Part shown: positions 28,219 through 37,049 of the stretch, piece after piece
How positions within the stretch are numbered: the first letter of the stretch is position 1
Layout of the letters: the number at the start of each line of letters is the position of its first letter
Assembly (NCBI GenBank): GCA_963666285.1
Contig: OY762711.1
Direction: 5' to 3' (one strand)
DNA: 64,000 bases
DNA from: Sedimentisphaerales bacterium
GTDB lineage: Bacteria; Planctomycetota; Phycisphaerae; Sedimentisphaerales; SM23-30
Notes under the pieces: generated by a model
Database searches by the model: none
Told to the model about the DNA's origin: nothing
What the model saw: the letters and a program-made list of their open reading frames with translations, nothing else
Made by a program: the position numbers and the translations under genes

Positions 28219-29184
28219 ATGTCCGAATCTAAAACAAATGGTCATACAGAGACTTCTGTAGTAAACTCAAATGGCGGTATGCATTTTTCTTCTCTTTTTA
28301 CACCGAATCATATTTTATGTCAGACCGATCTTACTGATCGTGATGACATTATTATGAAACTGCTGCGTATGCTTGCGCTTGAGCGAGGTATTGGCAATGT
28401 CCAGGTTGCGTTTGATGCTATCATGGAAAATGAACGGGTTATGCCGTCAGTTATGACTTCCGGGTTGGCTGTTCCTCATGCCAGGCTTGATGCTCTGACC
28501 GAACTGGTTGTAGGTGTTGCAACTTCCAAAAAGGGAATAAATTATGCCGAGGGAGTGATAGACAATGTTAATGTGATTACCTTGATTTTATCACCCAAGG
28601 CTGCCCCCGGTTCTCATCTTCAGGCTCTCAGCTCGCTGTCCAAAATATTTCAGGAACCGGATTCGGTCGCTAAAGTATCCGGGCTGGAAACTGCCAATGA
28701 GGTTTGGAAGTTTTATGATAGTAATGGCGTTGTTTTACCTGAATATGTTACTACTCGTGATGTCATGGCTCCGGTCGTAGTTAAACTGCATGAGAATGAT
28801 ACTCTTGCTCGTGCAATTGACTTATTTATTCGATATGGGCGTATTGATCTGCCGGTTGTCGATAATGACGATGAACTGGTTGGTGTTGTAACTACTTACG
28901 AACTCTTGCGGGTTTGTCTTCCAGATTATATATTGTGGATGGATGATCTCACCCCGATTTTGAACTTTGAACCTTTTGCCGAACTGCTCAGAAATGAGTC
29001 TCGTACCTGGCTGGTTGATATTATGACCAGTGATTTTGCCGCGGTTGAAGTTGATAAGCCTGCTATACAGATTGTAAAGGAATTGACACGATGGCGGGTT
29101 GACCATGCTTATGTGCTTGACGGCAGGAAACTGGTTGGGGTTGTTTCACTGGAGAGATTCCTGCGACAGATTATGAGAGAGTAG
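28219..29184 (+). CDS. PTS EIIA-domain / CBS-pair fusion protein
   Basis: GLAVPHAR phospho-His motif, then CBS motifs (LPVVD..ELVGVVT, LVGVVS); GAGG RBS before 28219. Confidence 0.85.
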   Translation: MSESKTNGHTETSVVNSNGGMHFSSLFTPNHILCQTDLTDRDDIIMKLLRMLALERGIGNVQVAFDAIMENERVMPSVMTSGLAVPHARLDALTELVVGVATSKKGINYAEGVIDNVNVITLILSPKAAPGSHLQALSSLSKIFQEPDSVAKVSGLETANEVWKFYDSNGVVLPEYVTTRDVMAPVVVKLHENDTLARAIDLFIRYGRIDLPVVDNDDELVGVVTTYELLRVCLPDYILWMDDLTPILNFEPFAELLRNESRTWLVDIMTSDFAAVEVDKPAIQIVKELTRWRVDHAYVLDGRKLVGVVSLERFLRQIMRE

Positions 29185-29249
29185 CCGGTGTTAACTATAC
29201 TGGATTTATTATTGTTCACCGAAACTTATAACTTGGGAGCTGTTGCAAT

Positions 29250-30731
29250 ATGTATGTAGATACTGAGAGCAAAAAGGAAAAGATTCAGTTTATTATTCGC
29301 GGGATTATTATGGTTGCCGTTAGTGTTGCGGTAGCGGTTCTTACCCACATGGTAGGCCTTGACAATAGCCAGGTTATGTCCTGCGGCATATTCATTATGA
29401 TTATTATGGCCACTCTGATGTTCTGGCAGTTTCGGCTGGCGATTGCTTTTGTTGGTATAGGGCTGCTTATGGGAACCGGGGTGCTGGACCTGCCGACTTT
29501 TCTGGAAGAATGCAAGCTGGACGTCATTCTGTTTCTGGTTGGTATGATGGTTACGGTTGGTGTTCTTAAGGAGCTTGGCCTTTTTACCTGGATAATTCAG
29601 CTTGTTATTAATACATCAAAGATGACCGGACCCAGATTTGTTGCTATTATTGTTTTTCTGGGTGCACTTATGGGCTGTGCGGTTGATGAGGTTACCTCTA
29701 TTGTTTTTGTCGTAACATTAATTTTCCAGGTTTGTGATACATTGAAAGTGCGGCCTATACCCTTTGTTATTATTGCTGTTATGGGCACCAATGTCGGTTC
29801 CTGTGGTACAATGCTTGGCAACCCAGTTGGAATTCTTATCGGTCAGAGCGCAGTTCCACCGCTTAGCTTTATGGACTTCCTTAAATGGTCGTTTCCGATT
29901 ATGCTGCTGTCGCTGACAACAACACTTGCATTGCTTATCTGGTGGTTCAGGGCTGATATTCATCAGCTATCAGAGAGACTGGCTGCCAGGCGTGAAATGG
30001 GCCTTGGGCTTGGTCCTCTGGTGCAGGTTCCTTATAAACGCGGTCTGGCAGTTCTCATTGGTCTTATTGGTTTTATCGCGATGCATCATGTTATCGAGGA
30101 AAAACTGGGACTTGCCCAGAATACTGTTATGATTGTTGCGCCGCTTGTCGTTGCGGGTATTTTGATGATCTGGCGGCATGAACGCGCCCGCCATTATATT
30201 GAAGCTGATGTCGAGTGGTGGACTCTGCTGTTCTTTATGATGCTTTTTGCCGTTGCCGGCACTCTTAGCCACACCCATGTTACCGATGAAGTTGCTCAGG
30301 GTTTTCAGGGTGTATTTGGTGATAACCAGATGGTTCTTATCCCCATAGTTATGGGGATGTCCGCTATTGGCTCTGCATTTGTCGATAATATCGTTTTTGT
30401 AGCGGCTTTTATGCCGGTGGTTAATTCTCTCGAACATACTCCGTTGCTCTGGGCATTGCTCCATGGTGCTTGTCTTGGTGGTAATATTACCATGATCGGT
30501 TCTACCGCTAATATTGTCGCTCTTGGCATGCTCGAAAAACGCTACCGTACCCAGATCAAATTCTTTGAATGGCTCAAAATCGGTGTTGTTGTCGGGTTGG
30601 TTTCCTGTACTATTTCATGGATATGTATTACGGCACTCGCTCCCAAAATGCCGACCAGGCAGCAGCGTATGGAAACCACTTCTCATGCCGTACATGACCA
30701 GTCTGCAGAAACGGATAAGATTGCACACTAG
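29250..30731 (+). CDS. ArsB/NhaD/SLC13-type ion transporter
   Basis: About 12 TM helices; TNVGSCGTMLGNP, SAFVDNI and LGGNITMIGSTAN motifs. Confidence 0.88.
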   Translation: MYVDTESKKEKIQFIIRGIIMVAVSVAVAVLTHMVGLDNSQVMSCGIFIMIIMATLMFWQFRLAIAFVGIGLLMGTGVLDLPTFLEECKLDVILFLVGMMVTVGVLKELGLFTWIIQLVINTSKMTGPRFVAIIVFLGALMGCAVDEVTSIVFVVTLIFQVCDTLKVRPIPFVIIAVMGTNVGSCGTMLGNPVGILIGQSAVPPLSFMDFLKWSFPIMLLSLTTTLALLIWWFRADIHQLSERLAARREMGLGLGPLVQVPYKRGLAVLIGLIGFIAMHHVIEEKLGLAQNTVMIVAPLVVAGILMIWRHERARHYIEADVEWWTLLFFMMLFAVAGTLSHTHVTDEVAQGFQGVFGDNQMVLIPIVMGMSAIGSAFVDNIVFVAAFMPVVNSLEHTPLLWALLHGACLGGNITMIGSTANIVALGMLEKRYRTQIKFFEWLKIGVVVGLVSCTISWICITALAPKMPTRQQRMETTSHAVHDQSAETDKIAH

Positions 30732-31023
30732 ATCATATCAGAGTATCTATCATTTTTCTGTTAATGATTTGGTATGTAAGTGTCTTTCTGCCAAATAATT
30801 ATGTCAGTATTTTTATTGCATGTCGCAAAAACAGTGGTAAAATGTAACCTGTCTGTTTTGTTTGTGTAAAATAATTTAGATAATGTTAGAGTGCTGAAAC
30901 AAGCTTATAAATATGTAAAATTGTGATGTTAATGGTTAAAAAGTAAAGACTTATATCCCTTGCTCCCAAGATAATATATGTGTGTAAGGGTGTTTATAAA
31001 CATTTAGTATAAGGGGATTTGTA

Positions 31024-31491
31024 ATGTTGGCTGAAATGTTTGAAAAATTTTTGAGCCCGGAAGTTGTCTGGTTTGTCATTGGTTTTATATTAATGATTGC
31101 TGAAATGATGGTTCCTGGTTTGGTGATATTGTTTTTCGGACTTGGTGCCGTTCTCACTGGTACATGCTGTTTGATTTTTGACCTTTCACTGAATACACAG
31201 TTGATTATTTTCCTGGTTTCTTCCGTTGTCAGCTTGATTCTGCTGCGAAGTATGGTCAAGAAGGTATTTACCGGCAAAGAAGCTATACAAGGTGTTGATA
31301 TCCCGGCAGGTGTTTCCGATTATCTTGGCAGTAAGTGTAAGGTAATTTCTAGGATTGATTCTCAACTTAATGGTAAAGTGTTACTTAACGGATCTGAATG
31401 GAAAGCAAAAAGTGAGTCTGTAATTGAAGAAGGTGCTATCGTGGAAATTATAGGCCAGGACAGCATTACTTTTATTGTTAAGGAAGTATAA
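31024..31491 (+). CDS. NfeD-like membrane protein
   Basis: WFVIG..LMIAE..PG and GKV.LNGSEWKA; precedes an SPFH gene. Confidence 0.88.
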   Translation: MLAEMFEKFLSPEVVWFVIGFILMIAEMMVPGLVILFFGLGAVLTGTCCLIFDLSLNTQLIIFLVSSVVSLILLRSMVKKVFTGKEAIQGVDIPAGVSDYLGSKCKVISRIDSQLNGKVLLNGSEWKAKSESVIEEGAIVEIIGQDSITFIVKEV

Positions 31492-31577
31492 TTCAGGCTG
31501 GGAAAATGTACTTGTTTTAGGTATGCTGATATTTAATAAAAAACTCGAATATCATTTTATTGAAAGGGTGTGATTTT

Positions 31578-32573
31578 ATGTTTAATAATATTTTAGCCGC
31601 GTTTCCTGTTAATGGGCTTACTATTGTATTAACTGTTGTTGGTGTAGCCCTTATTATATTGGCTATTAAATGTGTAAAGGTTGTTCCTCAGCGTTCTGCG
31701 TTTATTGTTGAGAAATTAGGTAAATATAGTAAAACTTTGGAAGCTGGGCTGCATATATTAATTCCATTTATTGATAAGATAGCCTATCGCCATACTCTCA
31801 AAGAGCAGGCAGTAGATGTGCCTCCTCAGACCTGTATTACCAGGGATAATATCTCGGTTGAGGTTGATGGTATCCTCTATATGCAGGTAATTGATCCGAT
31901 GAAAGCTTCTTATGGTATTAATAACTACCGCTTTGCTTCAATTCAGCTGGCACAGACAACGATGCGTAGTATTATGGGTAAACTTGAGCTGGATAGAACT
32001 TTTGAAGAGCGGGATACAATCAATCATTCGATTGTTGAAGCGGTTGACAAAGCATCTGATCCGTGGGGTGTCAAAGTCACCCGGTACGAAGTAAAAAATA
32101 TCGTGCCGCCTGTCAGCATCAAAGATGCGATGGAAAAACAGATGAAGGCCGAACGCGAAAAACGTGCCGTTATCGCCGAATCTGAAGGTCAGAAACAGGC
32201 CAAGATCAATCGTGCTGATGGTGACAAGGCCGAGGTTATTCGTCAGTCTGAAGCGGAAAAGCAGAAGCGTATAAATATTTCTGAAGGTCATAAAATCCAG
32301 CAGGTTAATACTGCCGAAGGTGAAGCGGAAGCTATTCTAAGGGTTGCCCGTGCCAAGGCAGAAGGTATCCGGGAAATTGCAAAAGCTCTCGGCGAACAGG
32401 GTGGTAACGAGGCTATGAATATGAGAATTGCTGAACGTTATATCGAAGAATTTGGTAAACTGGCTCAGACTAATAACAGCATGATTATCCCGACTGATAT
32501 GGCTGACATTGCCGGAATTATCAAGGCAGCTACCAGTGTGGTGAAATCAGAAGCGACTTCAAAAAGTGAGTAA
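31578..32573 (+). CDS. SPFH/stomatin-like (QmcA/paraslipin) protein
   Basis: VPQ..AFIVEKLGKY, ITRDN, QTTMRS and QMKAEREKRA motifs. Confidence 0.93.
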   Translation: MFNNILAAFPVNGLTIVLTVVGVALIILAIKCVKVVPQRSAFIVEKLGKYSKTLEAGLHILIPFIDKIAYRHTLKEQAVDVPPQTCITRDNISVEVDGILYMQVIDPMKASYGINNYRFASIQLAQTTMRSIMGKLELDRTFEERDTINHSIVEAVDKASDPWGVKVTRYEVKNIVPPVSIKDAMEKQMKAEREKRAVIAESEGQKQAKINRADGDKAEVIRQSEAEKQKRINISEGHKIQQVNTAEGEAEAILRVARAKAEGIREIAKALGEQGGNEAMNMRIAERYIEEFGKLAQTNNSMIIPTDMADIAGIIKAATSVVKSEATSKSE

Positions 32574-32581
32574 TATAACCC

Positions 32582-32665
32582 ATAACAGTTGAAAATGCTC
32601 GTTTGAGCGTGGTATATCATTATTTACCTTCCGAGCAATCAGAAAAAATTATACACTATGTGTAT
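32582..32665. repeat. Dispersed ~85-90 bp repeat, copy 1
   Basis: Matches 36221-36310 (ATAACAGTTG.AAATGCT.GTTTGAGC ... CCTTCCGA ... TATACACT). Confidence 0.75.
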
Positions 32666-32762
32666 CGTTTTTCTCAGTTAGTTTTGTATTTATACCGTAT
32701 TTGTAAAATAGTATTATGAGCGGGCTCTTACAGGAGTTCCGCTCATTTGCATTTTGTAAGGA

Positions 32763-33203
32763 GTGTTTATGTTTGTCATCAGGTCCTATCAGCCAGCTGA
32801 TAAAGATGCCCTTATCCGGCTATGGAGCCGTTGCGGGCTGCTGCATTCGCTCAATAATCCCATTCAGGATATCGAACGCAAGCAAGGGTGTAATCCGGAA
32901 TGGCTTTTAGTCGGCGTAATGGATGATATAATTGTTGCCTCTGTTATGGTTGGCTATGATGGTCATCGCGGGAATATAAATTACCTGGGTGTTGATCCCG
33001 ATTTTCAGCGACAGGGGCTGGGCAGAAAGATGATGGAAAACGCTGAGATTGTCTTAAAAGCGGCCGGCTGTCCCAAAGTAAATTTATGTGTCAGAAATAG
33101 CAACAGGCAGGTTTTGAAGTTTTATGAATCGATCGGCTATCTGGATAATGAGTGCATCAGCCTGGGCAAACGGTTGGAGAAAGATGAACCGTTTGAATTG
33201 TGA
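32763..33203 (+). CDS. GNAT acetyltransferase (YpeA-like)
   Basis: MVGYDGHRG, GCPKVNL, FYESIGY and SLGKRL motifs. Confidence 0.9.
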   Translation: MFMFVIRSYQPADKDALIRLWSRCGLLHSLNNPIQDIERKQGCNPEWLLVGVMDDIIVASVMVGYDGHRGNINYLGVDPDFQRQGLGRKMMENAEIVLKAAGCPKVNLCVRNSNRQVLKFYESIGYLDNECISLGKRLEKDEPFEL

Positions 33204-33334
33204 CAACAGGATAGTCCTATAATCATCTGATTTGCTCGAAAATTGCATAATATCTGGGGGTATTTTCCTGTTAGGGAACGTTGGTTTGCTTTCTGGTCGA
33301 TATTATTCAGGAGATAATACGTACATTTTAAGCT

Positions 33335-34501
33335 ATGACCAAATGGGGAAGCGGAATGAAAATATTCGAGTTACCGGACTATTATAACGATGACAGTATG
33401 TACCTGGATGAAGATGCCAAGCTTTCCGGCTTCGGTGTCATCATTTTCAGTGTATTGATGCTGTTGTTGTTATTTGCGGATTATTTATCCAGCAATACAA
33501 TTAGAGAGTTTCTCAAGCTTGGTATTGTAAGAATTTTCATGGTGCTGGTTTCTATTCCTGCTTATTTATATCTTAGAAAATCAAAAGAAAATAAACTATA
33601 TACCGTAGTTGTCTTTGCTTGGTGGATGATCTATGTTACCTGTATGGCATATATCGAGTTTATGAGAAGCTTCAGCTATGCCGGTACGATTGGTTTGCAT
33701 GCGGTTGTTGTTATTACTATATATGTAATTTTTAATAACAGGTTTCGGCTCCAGGTTCTTCCGGCTCTTATTTTGAGTGTTGTTTCATTATTGCATTTCT
33801 TTACTCACCGCGGTGATCGGCCATGGTCAGAGTTTTATGTATTAGTTCTGTCATTTGCCGCTATAAATGTGATGGGTATCTTTACTTCTTTGATCTTGAA
33901 GAAATATCGTATCAAGGAAATTGAAATGCAGCGGCAGGAACATCGGCTGACCAAAACCCTGGAAAAGTTTGCTTTTGTCGATGATTTGACCGGCGTGTTT
34001 AATCGTCGCAAGATTATGGAAGTTTTTGATAGTGAATTTGGCAGAACCAACAGGTACGGCAGCAGTCTGGCTGTAATGATGCTCGATATTGACTATTTTA
34101 AGCATGTCAACGATAAATATGGTCATGAGGCCGGTGATTGTGTACTTGTTGAATTTGCCAGGCGGGTCAAAGATCAGATTCGTGAAACTGACTTCCTCGG
34201 ACGGTTTGGCGGCGAAGAATTCCTGGTTATTATGCCTGAAACCGGTTCGGTAGGAGCTATTGTTCTTGCAGAACGTATTAAAAAGGTACTGGACGAGGTA
34301 CCTGTAAATATTGGTACTTCAACTATCAAGGTTACTGCCAGTATGGGTATCAGCCAGGTGCGGCCGGACGATGAATCCAAAGAGGTTTCTCTGAAACGTG
34401 CTGATGAAAGTTTATATATGGCCAAAAAGGCCGGACGGGATGCTATCTGCTCTGATAAGGAAGTTCTGGTACAAAGGGCCAGTGACTATTATACCCCGTA
34501 G
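33335..34501 (+). CDS. Membrane-bound diguanylate cyclase
   Basis: About 6 TM helices, DIDYFKHVND, RETD I-site and GGEEF. Confidence 0.92.
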   Translation: MTKWGSGMKIFELPDYYNDDSMYLDEDAKLSGFGVIIFSVLMLLLLFADYLSSNTIREFLKLGIVRIFMVLVSIPAYLYLRKSKENKLYTVVVFAWWMIYVTCMAYIEFMRSFSYAGTIGLHAVVVITIYVIFNNRFRLQVLPALILSVVSLLHFFTHRGDRPWSEFYVLVLSFAAINVMGIFTSLILKKYRIKEIEMQRQEHRLTKTLEKFAFVDDLTGVFNRRKIMEVFDSEFGRTNRYGSSLAVMMLDIDYFKHVNDKYGHEAGDCVLVEFARRVKDQIRETDFLGRFGGEEFLVIMPETGSVGAIVLAERIKKVLDEVPVNIGTSTIKVTASMGISQVRPDDESKEVSLKRADESLYMAKKAGRDAICSDKEVLVQRASDYYTP

Positions 34502-34731
34502 TATTACACAAGTCCAAGTTGTGATCGATTGCTGTTTATTAAGCTGGTTATATACCGGCTCTATTTTTTCCTTTAATTTGACCGTTTTTCCATTTACAAT
34601 TGCCGGAACAGGATAATTGCGCTCTGGCATATATGCCGGGCGTTTTCTTATCCAATCGCTTGATAATAAAAGGCTTAGGTATTGTTTGGCCCGGCATTTG
34701 TATCCGGGCTCGATTTTGGAGATATTATTTT

Positions 34732-34824
34732 ATGCTGGCAGTATTGGTTAGCTCTCAGGAAATGATGGTAATTCTGGTTATTACCGCTATAGTTGTTTTT
34801 ATTGCGGCCAGGAAAAGTCGCTAG
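34732..34824 (+). CDS. Putative 30 aa single-TM small protein
   Basis: GGAGA RBS, MLAVLVSSQEMMVILVITAIVVFIAARKSR, directly upstream of the next gene. Confidence 0.4.
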   Translation: MLAVLVSSQEMMVILVITAIVVFIAARKSR

Positions 34825-34846
34825 CCAGGACAACAAAAGGAATAAT

Positions 34847-35491
34847 ATGGAAGTATATATAAACAGTGAACCGATAGAAGTCGGGATTGACCCCGAAGAT
34901 ACCCTTGCAGAAGTTCTTGGAATGATTCAGTCGAACTTTATCGAGCAGGGTGATATTGTAACCGGTATTTTAATTGACGGCCGGGTTGTTGACCCCGATA
35001 TCCTTGCCGAGATCAAGGTTAAACCTTCAAATGAATTTGAAGAGGTCAATTTATCTGTTCGCCCTGCCAATAAATTCGCTGCCGAAGGACTCATGACTAT
35101 CAGCGTTCATCTTGATAACAGTATTGGTTTGCGAAAAGAAGTTGTCGATCTCTTGCAGCAGGGTTCTTCCCAGGAGGCAATGGTTAAGCTCAATGAATAT
35201 GTTACCTTTTGGGCCGGATTGCAAAGCACCTTAGGCAGCGCATGTCGGCTGGTTGGCGTCGATATTAGTGCTATGGAAGTTTATGATGCCGATGGTAATG
35301 ACGGACAAATGGTAATGGATTTTGTTAATTCTCTGTCTGAGCAGCTGGTTGAACTCAAATCTGCACTGGAGGCAGGCGACCTGGTTCTTCTCGGTGATAT
35401 CCTCGAATATGAATTCGGTGATCTTACAGATAGCTGGCGTGACATTCTGCAAAAACTTGCATTACAGTTTGACCCGGAAATTGAAGCATAA
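34847..35491 (+). CDS. Conserved hypothetical helical protein
   Basis: AAGGA RBS before ATG 34847; C-terminal DLVLLGDILEYE motif. Confidence 0.65.
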   Translation: MEVYINSEPIEVGIDPEDTLAEVLGMIQSNFIEQGDIVTGILIDGRVVDPDILAEIKVKPSNEFEEVNLSVRPANKFAAEGLMTISVHLDNSIGLRKEVVDLLQQGSSQEAMVKLNEYVTFWAGLQSTLGSACRLVGVDISAMEVYDADGNDGQMVMDFVNSLSEQLVELKSALEAGDLVLLGDILEYEFGDLTDSWRDILQKLALQFDPEIEA

Positions 35492-35586
35492 CCATAATTC
35501 AAAATATGGTTTTATCTTACCGAGGCTATTAATTAGTCGGTATTTCAATTTTATTTTGTATTCAGGAAGTTGAAAGTTATTTATAA

Positions 35587-36210
35587 ATGTCGTTAGAAAA
35601 ATTAGCGGGAAAATTTATTGTTATTGATGGGCCTGACGGGGCCGGTAAAAGTACACAGTCGCTGATGCTCAGGGATTATCTTTGCGAACATGGCATCGAT
35701 ACTGAGTTGGTGCGAGATCCCGGCGGCACCTCAATTGGCGAACAGATTCGGGCTATCCTTCTGGATAATGCAAATGCCGCGATGAGTGTTCGAACTGAAA
35801 CTTTATTATATATGGCCAGCCGGGCACAGTTATATCACGAAAAGATCGGACCGGCTCTGGCTGCGGGTAAGTGTGTTCTCTCTGACAGATGGGTTTCCAG
35901 TACCTATGCCTACCAGGCGATTGCCGGATGCGATGGCGCTGAACTTGTTCTAGACCTGGCCGACGCTTCGCTTGAGAGGGCATGGCCGGACCACACGATT
36001 GTCTTGGATCTTCCTTCTGAAGTTGGGCTCGAAAGAGTTGTTGGCGAATTTGACCGGATGGAAAGCAAATCACTGGAATTTCATCGTAAGGTTCGGCAGG
36101 CATATCTGAATCTTGCCGGTATGAGAAATGATTTTAGTGTGATTGATGCTGTTGGCTCGCTTGAAGAAATTCACGAGGCGGTCAAAATAAAACTTGCTGA
36201 ATCTTTATAA
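35587..36210 (+). CDS. tmk: Thymidylate kinase
   Basis: DGPDGAGKSTQ P-loop; RDPGGT, SDRW and AYQ motifs. Confidence 0.96.
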   Translation: MSLEKLAGKFIVIDGPDGAGKSTQSLMLRDYLCEHGIDTELVRDPGGTSIGEQIRAILLDNANAAMSVRTETLLYMASRAQLYHEKIGPALAAGKCVLSDRWVSSTYAYQAIAGCDGAELVLDLADASLERAWPDHTIVLDLPSEVGLERVVGEFDRMESKSLEFHRKVRQAYLNLAGMRNDFSVIDAVGSLEEIHEAVKIKLAESL

Positions 36211-36220
36211 ATACATACCA

Positions 36221-36310
36221 ATAACAGTTGAAATGCTGGTTTGAGCTTGGCATAAATAATTACATAACTCGCCTTCCGAACGATCTGATTAAAATATACA
36301 CTGTGTTTAT
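36221..36310. repeat. Dispersed ~85-90 bp repeat, copy 2
   Basis: Matches 32582-32665. Confidence 0.75.
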
Positions 36311-37008
36311 ATTTTGCCTTTTAGGTATTTCTGCCGCTTTGTTTCCTCAAATTTTTCGATTGCATAACGTAGCATTGTCCGCGGCATATTGTTGTATCGC
36401 GGCTTCAAAAATTCTTCCTCAACCGCCATGTCTTGTTTTCCTATCTCGCGTAGCATCCAACCGACAGCTTTGTGGATCAGGTCATGCTCGTGGTTCAGCA
36501 GGATGTCGGCAATTGCCAGGTTGTCTGTATAGTCGCCTTGCCTGATAAATGTAAAAGTTGCCAATACCGCCATGCGGTTCTCCCACAGATTTTTCGATCG
36601 GGCGAGCTTATACAGAGGCTTGCGATCTTTATCGAGCAGGTAAGCCCCCACAATATTAGGACACGCCAAATCCACCAGGTCCCAGTTGTTTACATAGTCA
36701 CTGGAAGATATGTATAGCTTAAATAGCTTTTTCTGGTCGGCAGCACTGCACTTTGGAAATTTTATTACCCATATCATAAGTGCCAGCAGCCGATCCTCAT
36801 GATATTTAGAATGAAGCAGTTCAAGGGTTTGATCGATTTCCATATCCTTGTACTGTTTGGCAACCTTGCGAAGTTGCGGCACTGTAATGCCGCGGAATAC
36901 ATCACCCTCACCGTATTCGCCCGGACCGGTTTTAAAAAACCTCTTTAGTTCTCCGGCTTTCTGCGGATTATCAAGCGTCTTCAGTTGCTTTCTGATATCT
37001 TTTATCAT
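36307..37008 (-). CDS. DNA alkylation repair protein (AlkD family)
   Basis: FFKTGPGEYGEGD, NNWDLVD, KAVGWMLRE and RTMLRYAIEK motifs. Confidence 0.93.
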   Translation of the reverse strand: MIKDIRKQLKTLDNPQKAGELKRFFKTGPGEYGEGDVFRGITVPQLRKVAKQYKDMEIDQTLELLHSKYHEDRLLALMIWVIKFPKCSAADQKKLFKLYISSSDYVNNWDLVDLACPNIVGAYLLDKDRKPLYKLARSKNLWENRMAVLATFTFIRQGDYTDNLAIADILLNHEHDLIHKAVGWMLREIGKQDMAVEEEFLKPRYNNMPRTMLRYAIEKFEETKRQKYLKGKI

Positions 37009-37049
37009 ACAGTATGCTATCAATTTACTGTGTTGCTGTCTGCTGAATC

